DNA from: an uncultured Bacillota bacterium
GTDB taxonomy: Bacteria; Bacillota; DTU025; MWDF01
Length of the DNA: 64,000 nt
NCBI GenBank assembly: GCA_963823655.1
Contig: CAWGMK010000006.1
Coordinates: forward strand, 160,001 to 224,000
Direction: 5' to 3'
Below are positions 1 through 10,147 of the stretch, piece by piece; positions within the stretch are counted from its first letter, which is position 1, and every line of letters starts with the position of its first letter. The translations under genes and the position numbers were made by a program. The notes beneath the pieces are model-generated. The model did no database searches. It worked only from the letters and a program-made list of their open reading frames with translations, and was not told the origin of the DNA.

Positions 1-990
1 ATAGAATTCATCCAAAGGGCCAGGACTGGCGCGCTTATTGTCATGGGCGACAGCCCTGAGGTAATGGAAATCGCCAAGGGGGGCTTCAAAATCGATGCCC
101 CATACCTTCCCAACAGCATATATGAGTTGGCCAAGATGGATGGAGCCATCATACTTTCATCTTCCCTGGACAGGATATTGTACGCGGGCGTGCACCTCTT
201 CCCGGATTCAGCGCTCCCCACTAACGAGACAGGAACCAGGCATGCGTCGGCCGAAAGGACCTCAAGGGCCACGGGTAAGCCCGTCATAGCCATTTCGAGC
301 AGGCGCAATGTGATTACGATATATTACAACAAGATCAAGTACATAATGCGAGACATAGACTACATACTAAACATGGCAAACCAGGCACTGCAGACGCTTG
401 CCCGCTACCGCGAGGTCCTCGACAAGGCCTTGAACATGCTCAACACCTTCGAATTCGAGGACGATGTGACAATAGCGGATGTTGCCGAGTGCATCAGGCG
501 CTGGGAGCTTACCAGGAGGGTCGCAGACGAGGTCAACAGCTACATAATCGAGCTGGGGTCCGAAGGCCGCCTGATCAGGATGCAGATGCAAGAGCTCATA
601 AGAGGCCGCCGCGAGGAGGCTGTGTACCTGCTGAAAGACTATATGGACGATTCGGAGTACAAGAACCCGGAGAAGCTTCTGGAGGCTATGGAACAGTGGG
701 ACCTGGACGATGTTATAGAAAACGGGATCATCGAGAGGGCCATCAGGAAGCTGGGTGAGGAAGGGGCTGACTCCGAGGTAAGCGCCAGGGGCTACAGGAC
801 GCTTTCTAGGCTTGCTGCCAGGATGCCCGAACAGGTTGTCGAGAATCTCATAAACGCCTTCGGAAGGCTGCCGGTGCTTCTGAGAGCAAGTGTGGACGAG
901 CTTGACGAGGTTGAAGGCATAGGTAAAAGCAGGGCAATCACCCTTTATGAGGGGCTTAGAAGGATAAGAGACCAGGTGAGCAGCTCTTAA
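1..990 (+). CDS. disA: DNA integrity scanning diadenylate cyclase DisA (5'-truncated by window edge)
   Basis: Frame is open from base 1 (IEFIQRARTGALIVMG). DAC motifs ELAKMDGAIIL and ETGTRHASAER, C-terminal HhH VEGIGKSRA; upstream of yacL/ispD as in Bacillota. Confidence 0.95.
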   Translation: MEFIQRARTGALIVMGDSPEVMEIAKGGFKIDAPYLPNSIYELAKMDGAIILSSSLDRILYAGVHLFPDSALPTNETGTRHASAERTSRATGKPVIAISSRRNVITIYYNKIKYIMRDIDYILNMANQALQTLARYREVLDKALNMLNTFEFEDDVTIADVAECIRRWELTRRVADEVNSYIIELGSEGRLIRMQMQELIRGRREEAVYLLKDYMDDSEYKNPEKLLEAMEQWDLDDVIENGIIERAIRKLGEEGADSEVSARGYRTLSRLAARMPEQVVENLINAFGRLPVLLRASVDELDEVEGIGKSRAITLYEGLRRIRDQVSSS

Positions 991-994
991 TGGC

Positions 995-1402
995 CTAGCG
1001 CATGCTGAACTTCCCTAAAGCGCTGATCTTGCCCCTCTCGGAGGCGACTATGTCCTCCACCTGCATGCCAAGGGTATCGCACAGCGCGGTAAGATAGAAC
1101 GCGACGCGGCCGGCCTCTTCCTCTACGTGCTCGCGGCACTCGGGGCAGAGCTGACCCTGAAGGTGGGTAGAAAGCTGGTCTTTTATTTGCTCGAACGGAA
1201 GGTCCTCGGGAAAACGCTGCCTTTCGACCGCATTTATCTTCAGGCATCCGCAAACGGTGACTGCCTTGGTAACAGCCCTGTTCAGGCGGGCCGAGGACTC
1301 ATTTAGCTTCGACATGGTGTCAAGGATGCTCTTATGGCGGAATAGGCTCTCATGGACTTCGTCCTGGAATGTGCGCTCCATGGATTTGTTCAACCGGGGC
1401 AC
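995..1402 (-). CDS. Conserved hypothetical protein (clostridial disA-adjacent family, CGC...CPEC motifs)
   Basis: FQDEVHESLFRHKSILDTMSKL...AVTVCGC...LCPECRE resembles the small protein commonly convergent with disA in Clostridia; start codon uncertain. Confidence 0.7.
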   Translation of the reverse strand: MPRLNKSMERTFQDEVHESLFRHKSILDTMSKLNESSARLNRAVTKAVTVCGCLKINAVERQRFPEDLPFEQIKDQLSTHLQGQLCPECREHVEEEAGRVAFYLTALCDTLGMQVEDIVASERGKISALGKFSMR

Positions 1403-1504
1403 CCCCTTAAGCAGGCTTCGATACCCTAATTATCGTAGTAGATGCGTTTATTGTCAAACTTGAAAGTGACCTGCTTCACAATAGATAAGGATGTAGGTGT
1501 GCTA

Positions 1505-2602
1505 ATGCAGAAGCTGCTGAAGACTTTGCTGATTATTATCGGGGCCGCGATCGGATATCTGGTCTATATGCTGCTGATATCGGGCAACACCCTCATGGCG
1601 GGGCTCGACGCGCAGGATCGAAACCGGCTGATGCTGATGACGGTGCTTTGCGGTGCCCTTGTGGGGATACTGCTGGCAATCCTTGGGTCGGGCATGGTAA
1701 AAGGGCTCACAAAGAGGATCTACGGCGCCATGCAGAGGATGAACCTGTACGACTTTTTCATCGCGGCAGTGGGCCTGATACTGGGCCTTGTGGTGGCCAA
1801 CCTGATAGCGCTTCCCGTGATGGAGGTGCCGGTCGTAGGCAACTATATTGCGCTCATATTGAATGCATTGCTAGGCGCCCTGGGCCTAATTCTGGCCGTA
1901 TCCCTTAAAGATGACATCAACGATAGGATAAGCGGCACAATAGCGGGGGGCGGGCCGGGCCGGCACGGTGGGTTCAAGGCCTTCAGCAGGGTGAGCGCCA
2001 AAGTCATCGATACGAGCGCGATAATCGACGGCAGGATCCTGGACATCGCAAGAAGCGGCTTTTTGGACGGCACCCTGATAATCCCCGAATTCGTGATTAA
2101 CGAGCTGCAGAAGGTAGCCGACAATCCCGACCAGTTTAAAAGGGCGAGGGGCAGGAGGGGCCTAGATGTGCTCAAGCGCATGCAAGATGATGCCAGCATC
2201 GACTTGAGGGTGATGGCCTACCCGCCCGAGGATGCCGAAACGGACTCCAGCCTGGTGAAACTGGCAAGAAGCATTGGAGCTGCCATAGTAACCAACGACT
2301 ACAACCTCAACAAAGCCGCTACCCTGCAGGGAGTGGCAGTGCTGAACGTCAATGAGCTTTCCAACTCGGTAAAACCCATGGTGCTCCCGGGGGAGGATAT
2401 GAGGGTATTCGTCCTTAAGGAGGGCAAGGAGTACGGCCAGGGCGTGGGATACCTTGACGACGGAACCATGATAGTCGTGGAAGGGGCGAAGAAGCTCTTA
2501 GGAACAGAAGTACAAGTTACCGTAACCAGCGTCCTGCAGACCTCAGCGGGCAGGATGGTATTCACTAAGCTAAAGGAAGGATTGAGTTCAAATGGATCGT
2601 GA
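1505..2602 (+). CDS. yacL: PIN/TRAM domain membrane protein YacL
   Basis: Four N-terminal TM segments, PIN motif VIDTSAIIDGRI, TRAM motif GKEYGQGVGYLDDGTMIVVE, VLQTSAGRMVF. Confidence 0.92.
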   Translation: MQKLLKTLLIIIGAAIGYLVYMLLISGNTLMAGLDAQDRNRLMLMTVLCGALVGILLAILGSGMVKGLTKRIYGAMQRMNLYDFFIAAVGLILGLVVANLIALPVMEVPVVGNYIALILNALLGALGLILAVSLKDDINDRISGTIAGGGPGRHGGFKAFSRVSAKVIDTSAIIDGRILDIARSGFLDGTLIIPEFVINELQKVADNPDQFKRARGRRGLDVLKRMQDDASIDLRVMAYPPEDAETDSSLVKLARSIGAAIVTNDYNLNKAATLQGVAVLNVNELSNSVKPMVLPGEDMRVFVLKEGKEYGQGVGYLDDGTMIVVEGAKKLLGTEVQVTVTSVLQTSAGRMVFTKLKEGLSSNGS

Positions 2603-3320
2603 GACTAATCCTCTTGGCCTCAAGTGCGGAGCTATCGTAGTTGCCGGCGGCGCCGGCCTAAGGATGGGCTCGAATGTTCCGAAGCAGTTTCTGAAGATTG
2701 CAGACAAGCCGATAATGTGGTGGACCCTGCAAAGGCTCGCCGAAAGCGGCCTTTTCGAGGAAATTGTCCTTGTGCTGCCGCAAGGGTGGCTATCCAGGGC
2801 AGATGAGCTGCTTTCGGGCCTAGCGCTTGAGGCCAGGGTCGCCGAGGGCGGCCCGAGACGCCAGATTTCCGTGAACAATGGGCTGATGCAAATAGACGAG
2901 GATGTAGATATCGTGCTTGTCCATGATGCGGTCCGGCCCTTCGTTAAGAAGGAGACCCTCAGGGCAGTCATAGAGGCTGCGAATAGATACGGCGCCGCTA
3001 CGGCAGCGATGCCCGCCAAGGAGACTATAGGCGTTTCTTCAGATGGAGAGCTCCTATCGGAGATCCCCGACCGCTCGAAGCTGTGGCATATACAGACGCC
3101 CCAGGCCTTCAGGCGTTCATTGCTTGCGAAAGCTCATGAGGAGGGCAGGGATGCCTGCTCTTATGCCACCGATGATTGCGCGCTTGTCATGAGAAGCGGC
3201 ATCAAACCCGCAATCGTGCACGGTTCTGAGGCCAACATCAAGATCACAAGCCCGCTCGATCTGGTAATCGCAGAGCATCTGGCAAGGATGAAGGACACAG
3301 AGGACGCGGACTATGAATAA
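2592..3320 (+). CDS. ispD: 2-C-methyl-D-erythritol 4-phosphate cytidylyltransferase
   Basis: AGGAGLRMG...PKQFL, VLVHDAVRPF, QTPQAF, NIKITSPLDL. Confidence 0.95.
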   Translation: MDRETNPLGLKCGAIVVAGGAGLRMGSNVPKQFLKIADKPIMWWTLQRLAESGLFEEIVLVLPQGWLSRADELLSGLALEARVAEGGPRRQISVNNGLMQIDEDVDIVLVHDAVRPFVKKETLRAVIEAANRYGAATAAMPAKETIGVSSDGELLSEIPDRSKLWHIQTPQAFRRSLLAKAHEEGRDACSYATDDCALVMRSGIKPAIVHGSEANIKITSPLDLVIAEHLARMKDTEDADYE

Positions 3321-3811
3321 GTCCGAAATGCCGCCTGAGGGTGTCATTCGGATATGATTCCCACAGGACGGCCGAAGGAAGGCCTCTCATACTCGCAGGG
3401 GTGGCCATTGCCGGTTCAATGGGCCTATTGGGGCATTCGGATGCCGATGTTATAACCCATGCGGTCATAGATGCCCTTGTGTCGGGCTCGAGGCTTGGAG
3501 ATATCGGCAGGATGTTTCCCGATGACGATGAGAGATTTGCGGGGGCTGACAGCATTAAGCTTCTCGAGAATGCTTCCGTCCTTTCCAGGGCAAAAGGATA
3601 CAGCGTTGTGAACTGCGATTGCACGCTGGTTGCCGAAAGGCCGAAGATTGCGCCCCTGAGCTCGGCCATGGAGAAGAATATTGCCTCTGCGCTGGGCATA
3701 GCGGCCGATATGGTTACGGTCAAAGCGAAGACCAACGAGGGATTGGACAGCATCGGCAGGGGAGAGGCAATGGCCGCTTACGCTGTGATGCTTTTAGAAG
3801 TTCCCGCATAG
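3313..3811 (+). CDS. ispF: 2-C-methyl-D-erythritol 2,4-cyclodiphosphate synthase (apparent +1 frameshift near 3334)
   Basis: GYDSH, GLLGHSDADV, GDIG, VKAKTNEGL; ATG 3313 overlaps the ispD stop but is one base out of frame with the body (ORF 3341-3811). Confidence 0.92.
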
Positions 3812-3827
3812 CAATGTCCAAATTTAT

Positions 3828-3866
3828 GGACTGTCCCAAACAGAAGGGACAGTCCTTTTGTTTTAT
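3828..3866 (+). terminator. Intrinsic terminator after ispF
   Basis: Perfect 10-bp stem GGACTGTCCC/GGGACAGTCC followed by TTTTGTTTT. Confidence 0.8.
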
Positions 3867-3944
3867 AAGGAGGAACTAGATATTCATAAAGAGAATATTG
3901 TAAATATCAAATAAAATTGATGTTAACAAAAAGGGGGTGGTTCT

Positions 3945-4757
3945 ATGGGGATTGCTAGAAGGTTTCTTTTACTATTGATGCTCTCTTTGATGATAATATT
4001 CGCACAGAGTGGGTGCTCAGGCAGGATGAGAATCCTATATTACAACGACACGAATTGGGATTATGCAGGTCAGGCTTTGGATTTACTCGGATATGACTAC
4101 GAAGAGGCGATAACCGCCCAGCAGTTCTACGACACATTCAGGTCGAAGGCTTGGGACCTTGTCATCTTCGACAACAGCCTTACTGATTCCGAAATCAACC
4201 CGTACATTGAGGCATGCCTGCTCAACATCGCATATTTCGCGATGAGCGGGGCCAAAGTAATAATAACCACGCCTGTGCTAGGAAAAGAAAGTGCCGATAG
4301 CTTTTGGGAGCTGTTCGGCTACGAGTATGCGGGGCTATCATATGACGAGCCGTGGTCGGTTTACAGGTTGATACCGGAAGCGGAATTATGGAACTCTCCT
4401 AACGTTGCCCCTGACCTAAACCCGTTTTATGCAGAGGATTCCCCGGCACATGAAATCAACGCATTCAGAGGTAATCCCGTTGGGACGGGCCAGATGATTG
4501 CATCGTTCAACGCATTTGTCATGGAAGACATGGGAGCTGTTTTCAAGGCTAATAGCAACAGGACGATTATAAACGCTTTCTACATGGACGACTTCACAAA
4601 AGCGGACTATGAACCAGTAGACATGGATGAAGATGGAATAGGTGACAGCATTGAATGGTATATGAACGAGATCGCATACCTTGATAAGACAAATGGCTTG
4701 AGGGTGAAGCCAGAAGTGCCCAGCGGAGGAGACCCGATTCCCATGTCAATTTGGTAA
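3945..4757 (+). CDS. Hypothetical lipoprotein
   Basis: RBS AAGGGGGTGG, signal peptide with lipobox-like QSGC, acidic body with a DxDxDG motif (DMDEDGIGD). Confidence 0.7.
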   Translation: MGIARRFLLLLMLSLMIIFAQSGCSGRMRILYYNDTNWDYAGQALDLLGYDYEEAITAQQFYDTFRSKAWDLVIFDNSLTDSEINPYIEACLLNIAYFAMSGAKVIITTPVLGKESADSFWELFGYEYAGLSYDEPWSVYRLIPEAELWNSPNVAPDLNPFYAEDSPAHEINAFRGNPVGTGQMIASFNAFVMEDMGAVFKANSNRTIINAFYMDDFTKADYEPVDMDEDGIGDSIEWYMNEIAYLDKTNGLRVKPEVPSGGDPIPMSIW

Positions 4758-4945
4758 TGGGTGAAGGCATTTTAGGTAATCTGGGAAAGAAATCCATGCA
4801 ATTAGGCTGAAGAGCTTGACGTCCTCAAATGCCAGATAGCTTGCAGATGGCAACCTTACATGAGTTGTTCGAACTGGCAAGAACCAACGGAAACCGGTTG
4901 CTCAGGGGAGCCTCCTTTCGAGAGCTTGGCCGTCGATACTGAATG

Positions 4946-4983
4946 TGTAGTGCTCCCTCCTGGACAGTGGAGGGAGCATATCA
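4946..4983. mobile_element. 38-bp palindromic miniature IS3-end derivative
   Basis: TG...CA ends and a 10-bp stem TGCTCCCTCC/GGAGGGAGCA; one end (TGATATGCTCCCTCC on -) matches the IS3 end at 18425-18439 in 14/15 positions. Confidence 0.55.
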
Positions 4984-5064
4984 TTGCAATACCTATTTAA
5001 GTCAATTTTCCGTCTATGGAAATCTGATTTCTCAAACCAAATCGGATAGCCCCATTTTCTCGTA

Positions 5065-5874
5065 TCACTGGGCATCTCTTACAAGGCGCAGGCCGATTAT
5101 ATGTGATGTTGTTGAAGGAGGTGCGCACATCCGATTGGCGGACCGGAAGGCAGGGGGCGAGTTGTTCCATGAGCCGCCCCTGTAGACCTTCTGCATGCCT
5201 GAAGAGGGGCCTGAGAAGTCAACCGCCTTGTCCGGGCTGAAAGGAAAATGGTACCAGTCGGCGCACCACTCCGCCACGTTGCCCTGGATATCGAAGAGGC
5301 CCCATGCGTTAGGCTTCTTCCTACCGACAGGCTGCGTCTTAAACTGCGCGTTATTAGGATACCAGGCGTAGTCCCCCAATTTGAGATGATTGGTGTCCTC
5401 GCCCCAGTAGAATGCGGTTGTGGTACCTGCCCTGCACGAGTACTCCCATTCTACTTCCGTAGGCAGTCTGAAATTGCCCAGTTCCATTTTGTTCAGCCTC
5501 TCGATAAACTCCTGACAGTCAACCCAGCTGACCTTCTCTACAGGGTTATTCGGATTATCGGAGAATCTCGATGGGGAAGTGCCCATTACAGCGGACCACT
5601 GTGCCTGCGTAACTTCGTAGATTCCCAAATAAAAGGGTTTACTTATCTCCATTTTGTGCTGGCTTCCTTCGTTTTCCCCTCTGTCTGGTTCATTGATGGG
5701 CGAACCCATGATGAAAACACCTGCCGGAATCAGCCTCATTTTCAGCTGTACCTTGCTTGGACCAGGGATTATGAGGGTTATTTGCTCCGGCAAAGCTGTA
5801 ATATTGTTCCCCCACGCAGTTTGCATACAGCAGAGAAGGGCGCCCAGTGCGATTAGGATTGTCAGCCTTTTCAC
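5065..5874 (-). CDS. Secreted formylglycine-generating enzyme (FGE-sulfatase/SUMF1) family protein
   Basis: Signal peptide; FIMGS, EVTQAQW, PVEKVSW, RLPTEVEWEY, NAWGLFDIQGNVAEW, RGGSW...GLRLV. Confidence 0.9.
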   Translation of the reverse strand: MKRLTILIALGALLCCMQTAWGNNITALPEQITLIIPGPSKVQLKMRLIPAGVFIMGSPINEPDRGENEGSQHKMEISKPFYLGIYEVTQAQWSAVMGTSPSRFSDNPNNPVEKVSWVDCQEFIERLNKMELGNFRLPTEVEWEYSCRAGTTTAFYWGEDTNHLKLGDYAWYPNNAQFKTQPVGRKKPNAWGLFDIQGNVAEWCADWYHFPFSPDKAVDFSGPSSGMQKVYRGGSWNNSPPAFRSANRMCAPPSTTSHIIGLRLVRDAQ

Positions 5875-6258
5875 GTTGTCACCTCCATTCGCGTCGCTTG
5901 TCCCAAAGCTTCTGTACCATAATAGTTCTATTCACGACCTATATTCCCTTCCACCAACTGGAATTTTCCACGGTTTCAATGACCAATGATTTATTTTTTG
6001 GTCAATGATTGCGTACTTTGCCTTCGGGCAATGTGCCTGAATAGTAGATTCCATATGGAACTGCAATGATTATTTCACGTTATGGCTCTAGCACTGATTC
6101 GGCACGCAATTGCCCAGGAAAAATATTAAACTCCACTACAAAGAGATATAATATATAGCAACAGAATGAATAGAACACCTGACAATTGCCAGCTTAATCC
6201 CTATATATTAGGAGAAGTTAATGGTATTATAGGCATAGTCAGTCAGTGAGGTGTATAG

Positions 6259-7275
6259 ATGAATAAATACAGGATTGCCATATTGGCTACGGCTATATTG
6301 CTGGTTTTCGGCTTGGCAACGCTCGCCGCAGAGAAGTACGCCCAAGGGATGATAGTCGGTTTCGGCGAGAAGATGAGCGGCCCTCAGCAGGCGATAATGA
6401 AAGTCCAGCTGGGAGCGTCAACCCAGAGCGGACACGAGGAGCTCGGGGAGGCCGTAGAGACAATCACGATATCTGCAGCTGAAGAGAAGGCCGCATACAA
6501 GGGCCTTTTAGGCGAGGACGAGATGGGGCCCGTCGGAGTATCCGGTACTTTCATCAGGAAATCGGAAGCAAACGGCGGAATTTGGGTGGCATCATCCAAT
6601 AACGACTATTCGCCATTGGTATATGCAAATGCATTCTATACCGCGGGCATCCGCGACGTGATCATGAGCGTGAGCTCGGTGGAGCCCGTGCCCGGGATGA
6701 TGGTACTCGGAGTTGTAGCAGGCGCTTATGAGAAGCTGACAGGGTCATCGCTTGATGATGATGCGCTGAAGCTCGCTGCCGAGGAGATGCTCCTTACAGC
6801 AAAGTTGGGCAAGTCGCTTGGACACTATGAAATGGGCGCAGAAGTCGCAGCATATGCCAAAGAGTACGCTACGACGAACAAGGATGCATCGGCTTCGGAT
6901 ATAGCCAATGTAATGGGCGAAAGGATAGCCCTGTATGAAAGGGAAATCGCCGACACCGAGCTTACAGAGCTTGCCGGATGCATAAGCAGGTATGCCGCGA
7001 GAGGGGATGCTCATGCGGACATGGGGGCCCAGCTTGCGACTTTAAGAGCCGAGCAGCTTTGGCTTGTCGAACCCAAGGAGCGGATGATGGACGAAGAGGA
7101 GCTCGCCCAGGCCGACGAAGAGCTGCAGGAGATAATTCAGTACCTGGACGAGGAAGAGAAGGAGCCTAGCTTCTTCCAGAAGAATTCGGGATGGATAATG
7201 CCGCTGGGTTTAGTCCTTATCGCCGCACTGCTTGCCATCGCCATTGCCTATTTCCAGACCAGGCAAAGGGAATAA
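6259..7275 (+). CDS. DUF1002 (YpuA-like) secreted protein with C-terminal membrane anchor
   Basis: Signal peptide; YANAFYTAGI...V.S..PV.G...L....AYE...G pattern of DUF1002; hydrophobic C-terminus. Confidence 0.7.
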   Translation: MNKYRIAILATAILLVFGLATLAAEKYAQGMIVGFGEKMSGPQQAIMKVQLGASTQSGHEELGEAVETITISAAEEKAAYKGLLGEDEMGPVGVSGTFIRKSEANGGIWVASSNNDYSPLVYANAFYTAGIRDVIMSVSSVEPVPGMMVLGVVAGAYEKLTGSSLDDDALKLAAEEMLLTAKLGKSLGHYEMGAEVAAYAKEYATTNKDASASDIANVMGERIALYEREIADTELTELAGCISRYAARGDAHADMGAQLATLRAEQLWLVEPKERMMDEEELAQADEELQEIIQYLDEEEKEPSFFQKNSGWIMPLGLVLIAALLAIAIAYFQTRQRE

Positions 7276-7321
7276 GGGCGGCAAGAACGGCAGATCCTAA
7301 TTGACCCAAGGGGGAATTGGA

Positions 7322-8845
7322 ATGAGCATCAGGATATTCAACACACTGACAAGGCGCAAGGAGGACTTTACCCCTTATACTGAGGGCAAAGTGGGTATGT
7401 ACTGCTGCGGGCCTACGGTGTACGATTATTTCCACATAGGAAATGCCAGGGCATTCGTAATTCCGGACATGGTCAGGAATTACCTTAGGTATCGTGGCTT
7501 CGAGGTCAAATACGTACAGAACATCACTGACATCGAGGATAAGATCATAAGGCGCGCGCAGGAGCGCGGTGTTCCCACATCTGCCATAGTCGACCAGTAT
7601 GTGAAGGCCTTCTATGACGACAGGGCATCTTTAGGCGTGGGTGCGCCAGACTATCAGCCGAGGGCGACAGAACACGTCCTGGAGATAGTAGCGATGGTCA
7701 AAGAGCTCATCGAGAAGGGCCATGCATATGAAAGCAAAGGAGACGTCTACTTCGACGTTTCGAGCTTCGAAGGTTACGGCAAGCTCTCAGGGCAGAATGT
7801 AGACGACTTGCAGGCGGGCGCAAGGGTGGAACTATCGGAGCAGAAGCAGGATCCGCTGGACTTCGTGCTTTGGAAGGCGGCAAAGCCCGGGGAGCCGTCA
7901 TGGGACAGCCCCTGGGGGCCCGGAAGGCCCGGATGGCATATTGAGTGCTCAGTGATGTCGGCGGGTTTCCTTGGGGGCTCAGTAGATATCCATCTTGGAG
8001 GAACCGACCTCATATTCCCACATCACGAAAACGAGATTGCGCAGAGCGAGAGCCTTGGAAAAGGCGAATTCGTGAAGTACTGGATGCACAACGCGATGGT
8101 CAACATCGACGGAGAGCGCATGGGAAAATCCATGGGCAACTTCTTCACAGTGCGGGACATCCTCAAGAAATATCAGGGAAAGACCATACGCTACTATCTT
8201 GTGGCAAGCCATTACCGCCAGCCGATTAGCTTTGGCGTCGATGAGCTGGACATGTGCGGCAAGGCGCTTTCCAGGCTGGAAGATGCTATAGCCAATACCA
8301 TGGGCGCCTTCGGCTTGAAACCGGAAGATGTGCTCCAATATGATAGGGAATATAAGGGTGAGCAGCAGTCTTCAGGCCCTGCCTTGAAGGGCAATGGCGA
8401 GGAAGTTGCGGCGGCTCAGGCGCTTATTGGGCTTGCAGTATCAGCTACAGGCTCTTTCGTAGAGTTCATGGACGACGACTTCAACACTTCCGGCGCGATG
8501 TCTACGCTTCATGAGCTTGCAAAAGGGATAAACGCCTTCACAAGCTCAGGCGGCAGGGGGCAAGCAGCCTCCGATGCCGCGGCATTTGCATTGTACAAGC
8601 TTTGGAAGATGGGATCTGTCCTTGGCTTCATGGACGCCGCCACTTTAGATACTGGAAAAGAGGCCCTCGGCGACAAAGGCGGGCTGACAGAGGAGCTTAT
8701 GGGGCTGATTTTGAAAATCAGGGCTGAGGCCAGGGCGAAGAAGGACTGGTCCATATCCGATTTCATAAGGGATGGGCTGAAGAGCCTGGGCATCACAGTA
8801 GAAGACACGTTGGACGGGGCGAGGTGGAAGATTGAGCGCAGGTGA
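7322..8845 (+). CDS. cysS: Cysteine--tRNA ligase
   Basis: CGPTVYDYFHIGNAR, WDSPWGPGRPGWHIECS, DLIFPHHENE, RMGKS (KMSKS variant), MDDDFNT. Confidence 0.97.
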   Translation: MSIRIFNTLTRRKEDFTPYTEGKVGMYCCGPTVYDYFHIGNARAFVIPDMVRNYLRYRGFEVKYVQNITDIEDKIIRRAQERGVPTSAIVDQYVKAFYDDRASLGVGAPDYQPRATEHVLEIVAMVKELIEKGHAYESKGDVYFDVSSFEGYGKLSGQNVDDLQAGARVELSEQKQDPLDFVLWKAAKPGEPSWDSPWGPGRPGWHIECSVMSAGFLGGSVDIHLGGTDLIFPHHENEIAQSESLGKGEFVKYWMHNAMVNIDGERMGKSMGNFFTVRDILKKYQGKTIRYYLVASHYRQPISFGVDELDMCGKALSRLEDAIANTMGAFGLKPEDVLQYDREYKGEQQSSGPALKGNGEEVAAAQALIGLAVSATGSFVEFMDDDFNTSGAMSTLHELAKGINAFTSSGGRGQAASDAAAFALYKLWKMGSVLGFMDAATLDTGKEALGDKGGLTEELMGLILKIRAEARAKKDWSISDFIRDGLKSLGITVEDTLDGARWKIERR

Positions 8846-9236
8846 GTTCAAGCCTTCCGAGCTGCCTGCCCTGGTTCTCGCCTACCTGGGCGATGTGATC
8901 TGGGAAGCATACGTAAGGCGGAGGCTGGTTTTGGAGCAGGGCATCGGATCGACCGCTAAAGGCCTGCATACTGCTGCACTCAAGCTTGTCAGCGCAGGCG
9001 CACAGGCTTCGATGCTCGTAAACTTCGAGGCACTGCTTACAGAGGAAGAACTTGCCGTCCTGAAAAGGGGCCGAAGGGCCAGGGCAAGGAGGGCTAACAG
9101 GCCTTCCACCATGTCCGAATACAGGAAAAGCACTGGATTTGAGGCCCTGCTTGGTTACCTCGATTTGTCATGCAGGAAGGAAAGGCTCGAGGAGCTGATG
9201 GCATCGGCATACGAGCTTGAGAGGGAAAATGAGTAA
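8832..9236 (+). CDS. mrnC: Mini-ribonuclease III
   Basis: LAYLGD, KRGR, YRKSTGFEALLGYL; lies between cysS and rlmB. Confidence 0.92.
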   Translation: MSAGEFKPSELPALVLAYLGDVIWEAYVRRRLVLEQGIGSTAKGLHTAALKLVSAGAQASMLVNFEALLTEEELAVLKRGRRARARRANRPSTMSEYRKSTGFEALLGYLDLSCRKERLEELMASAYELERENE

Positions 9237-10035
9237 GATAGAAAAGGAAAGGGCAACGTTTCTGAAGGCGCAGGCAGCGGCAGGCCCGGCTCAGCAGGAG
9301 AGCGATTACCTGCTCGGCCCCAGGGCCATTATGGAGGCGATTGCGGCCGGGCGAGAGTTCAACAGGATAATGATAGCCAAGGGCTCCGAAAACGCAAGGG
9401 AGGCGTCGGAGGTCTGGAATGCTGCAAGGTCCAAGGGCATCATAGTCCAATTGGTGGACAGGGCGGCTTTGGATAAGGTCTCGATGGGCGCCAACCACCA
9501 GGGGATTGCAGCGATGGTGGCACCGTTCGCATACGCGGAGCTGGACGATTTGCTGAACCTGTCCCTTGGAAGGAGCAGGCCGCTGTTTCTCGTGCTTCTA
9601 GACGGGATAATGGATCCGGGCAACCTGGGTTCGATAATAAGGACCGCCAATGCCGCAGGTGCGGATGGCGTGGTCATTACGAATAGAAGATGTGCTCCAG
9701 TAACTTCGGCCGTAGTTAGATCCAGCGCAGGGGCTGTAGAGCACACTCCGGTAGCGAGGGTCAGCAATCTCAGCTACGCCATAGACAAGGTTAAGGCGGC
9801 AGGCGTGTGGGTGGCAGGGCTTGATATGGATGGCAAGCAGACGATATGGGAGGCCGACTTGAAGATGCCTCTTGCAGTGGTAATAGGGTCCGAGGGCGAA
9901 GGGATGTCGAGGCTCGTGGGGGAGAAGTGCGATTTTATGTTGAGGATACCTATGATGGGCAAGATCGGATCCCTTAACGCGTCTGTCTCATTCTCTGTGG
10001 TTGCTTATGAAGTGTTGAGGCAAAGAGGCGCATAG
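9229..10035 (+). CDS. rlmB: 23S rRNA Gm2251 2'-O-methyltransferase (TrmH/SpoU family)
   Basis: NHQGIAA, LDGIMDPGNLGSIIRTA, GSEGEGM, SLNASV. Confidence 0.93.
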   Translation: MSKIEKERATFLKAQAAAGPAQQESDYLLGPRAIMEAIAAGREFNRIMIAKGSENAREASEVWNAARSKGIIVQLVDRAALDKVSMGANHQGIAAMVAPFAYAELDDLLNLSLGRSRPLFLVLLDGIMDPGNLGSIIRTANAAGADGVVITNRRCAPVTSAVVRSSAGAVEHTPVARVSNLSYAIDKVKAAGVWVAGLDMDGKQTIWEADLKMPLAVVIGSEGEGMSRLVGEKCDFMLRIPMMGKIGSLNASVSFSVVAYEVLRQRGA

Positions 10036-10058
10036 GCGCCTTTAAATGGGTTATCTCG

Positions 10059-10087
10059 TTGACTAGACATCATTGCGATTATATAAT
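10059..10087 (+). promoter_or_regulatory. SigA-type promoter of sigH
   Basis: TTGACT-17 bp-TATAAT. Confidence 0.75.
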
Positions 10088-10147
10088 TCTTTCATCCAGC
10101 CTTTTTAATCAATGATCCGAAGGACAGCCGTCCGAGGAGGTGCTTCA

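Noticed and set aside
5065-5200. Diversity-generating retroelement target (FGE/CLec fold with RGGSW...GLRL C-terminus)
   Set aside because: No reverse transcriptase, no Avd-like gene and no adenine-variant template repeat of this segment was seen in the window; a remote template cannot be excluded
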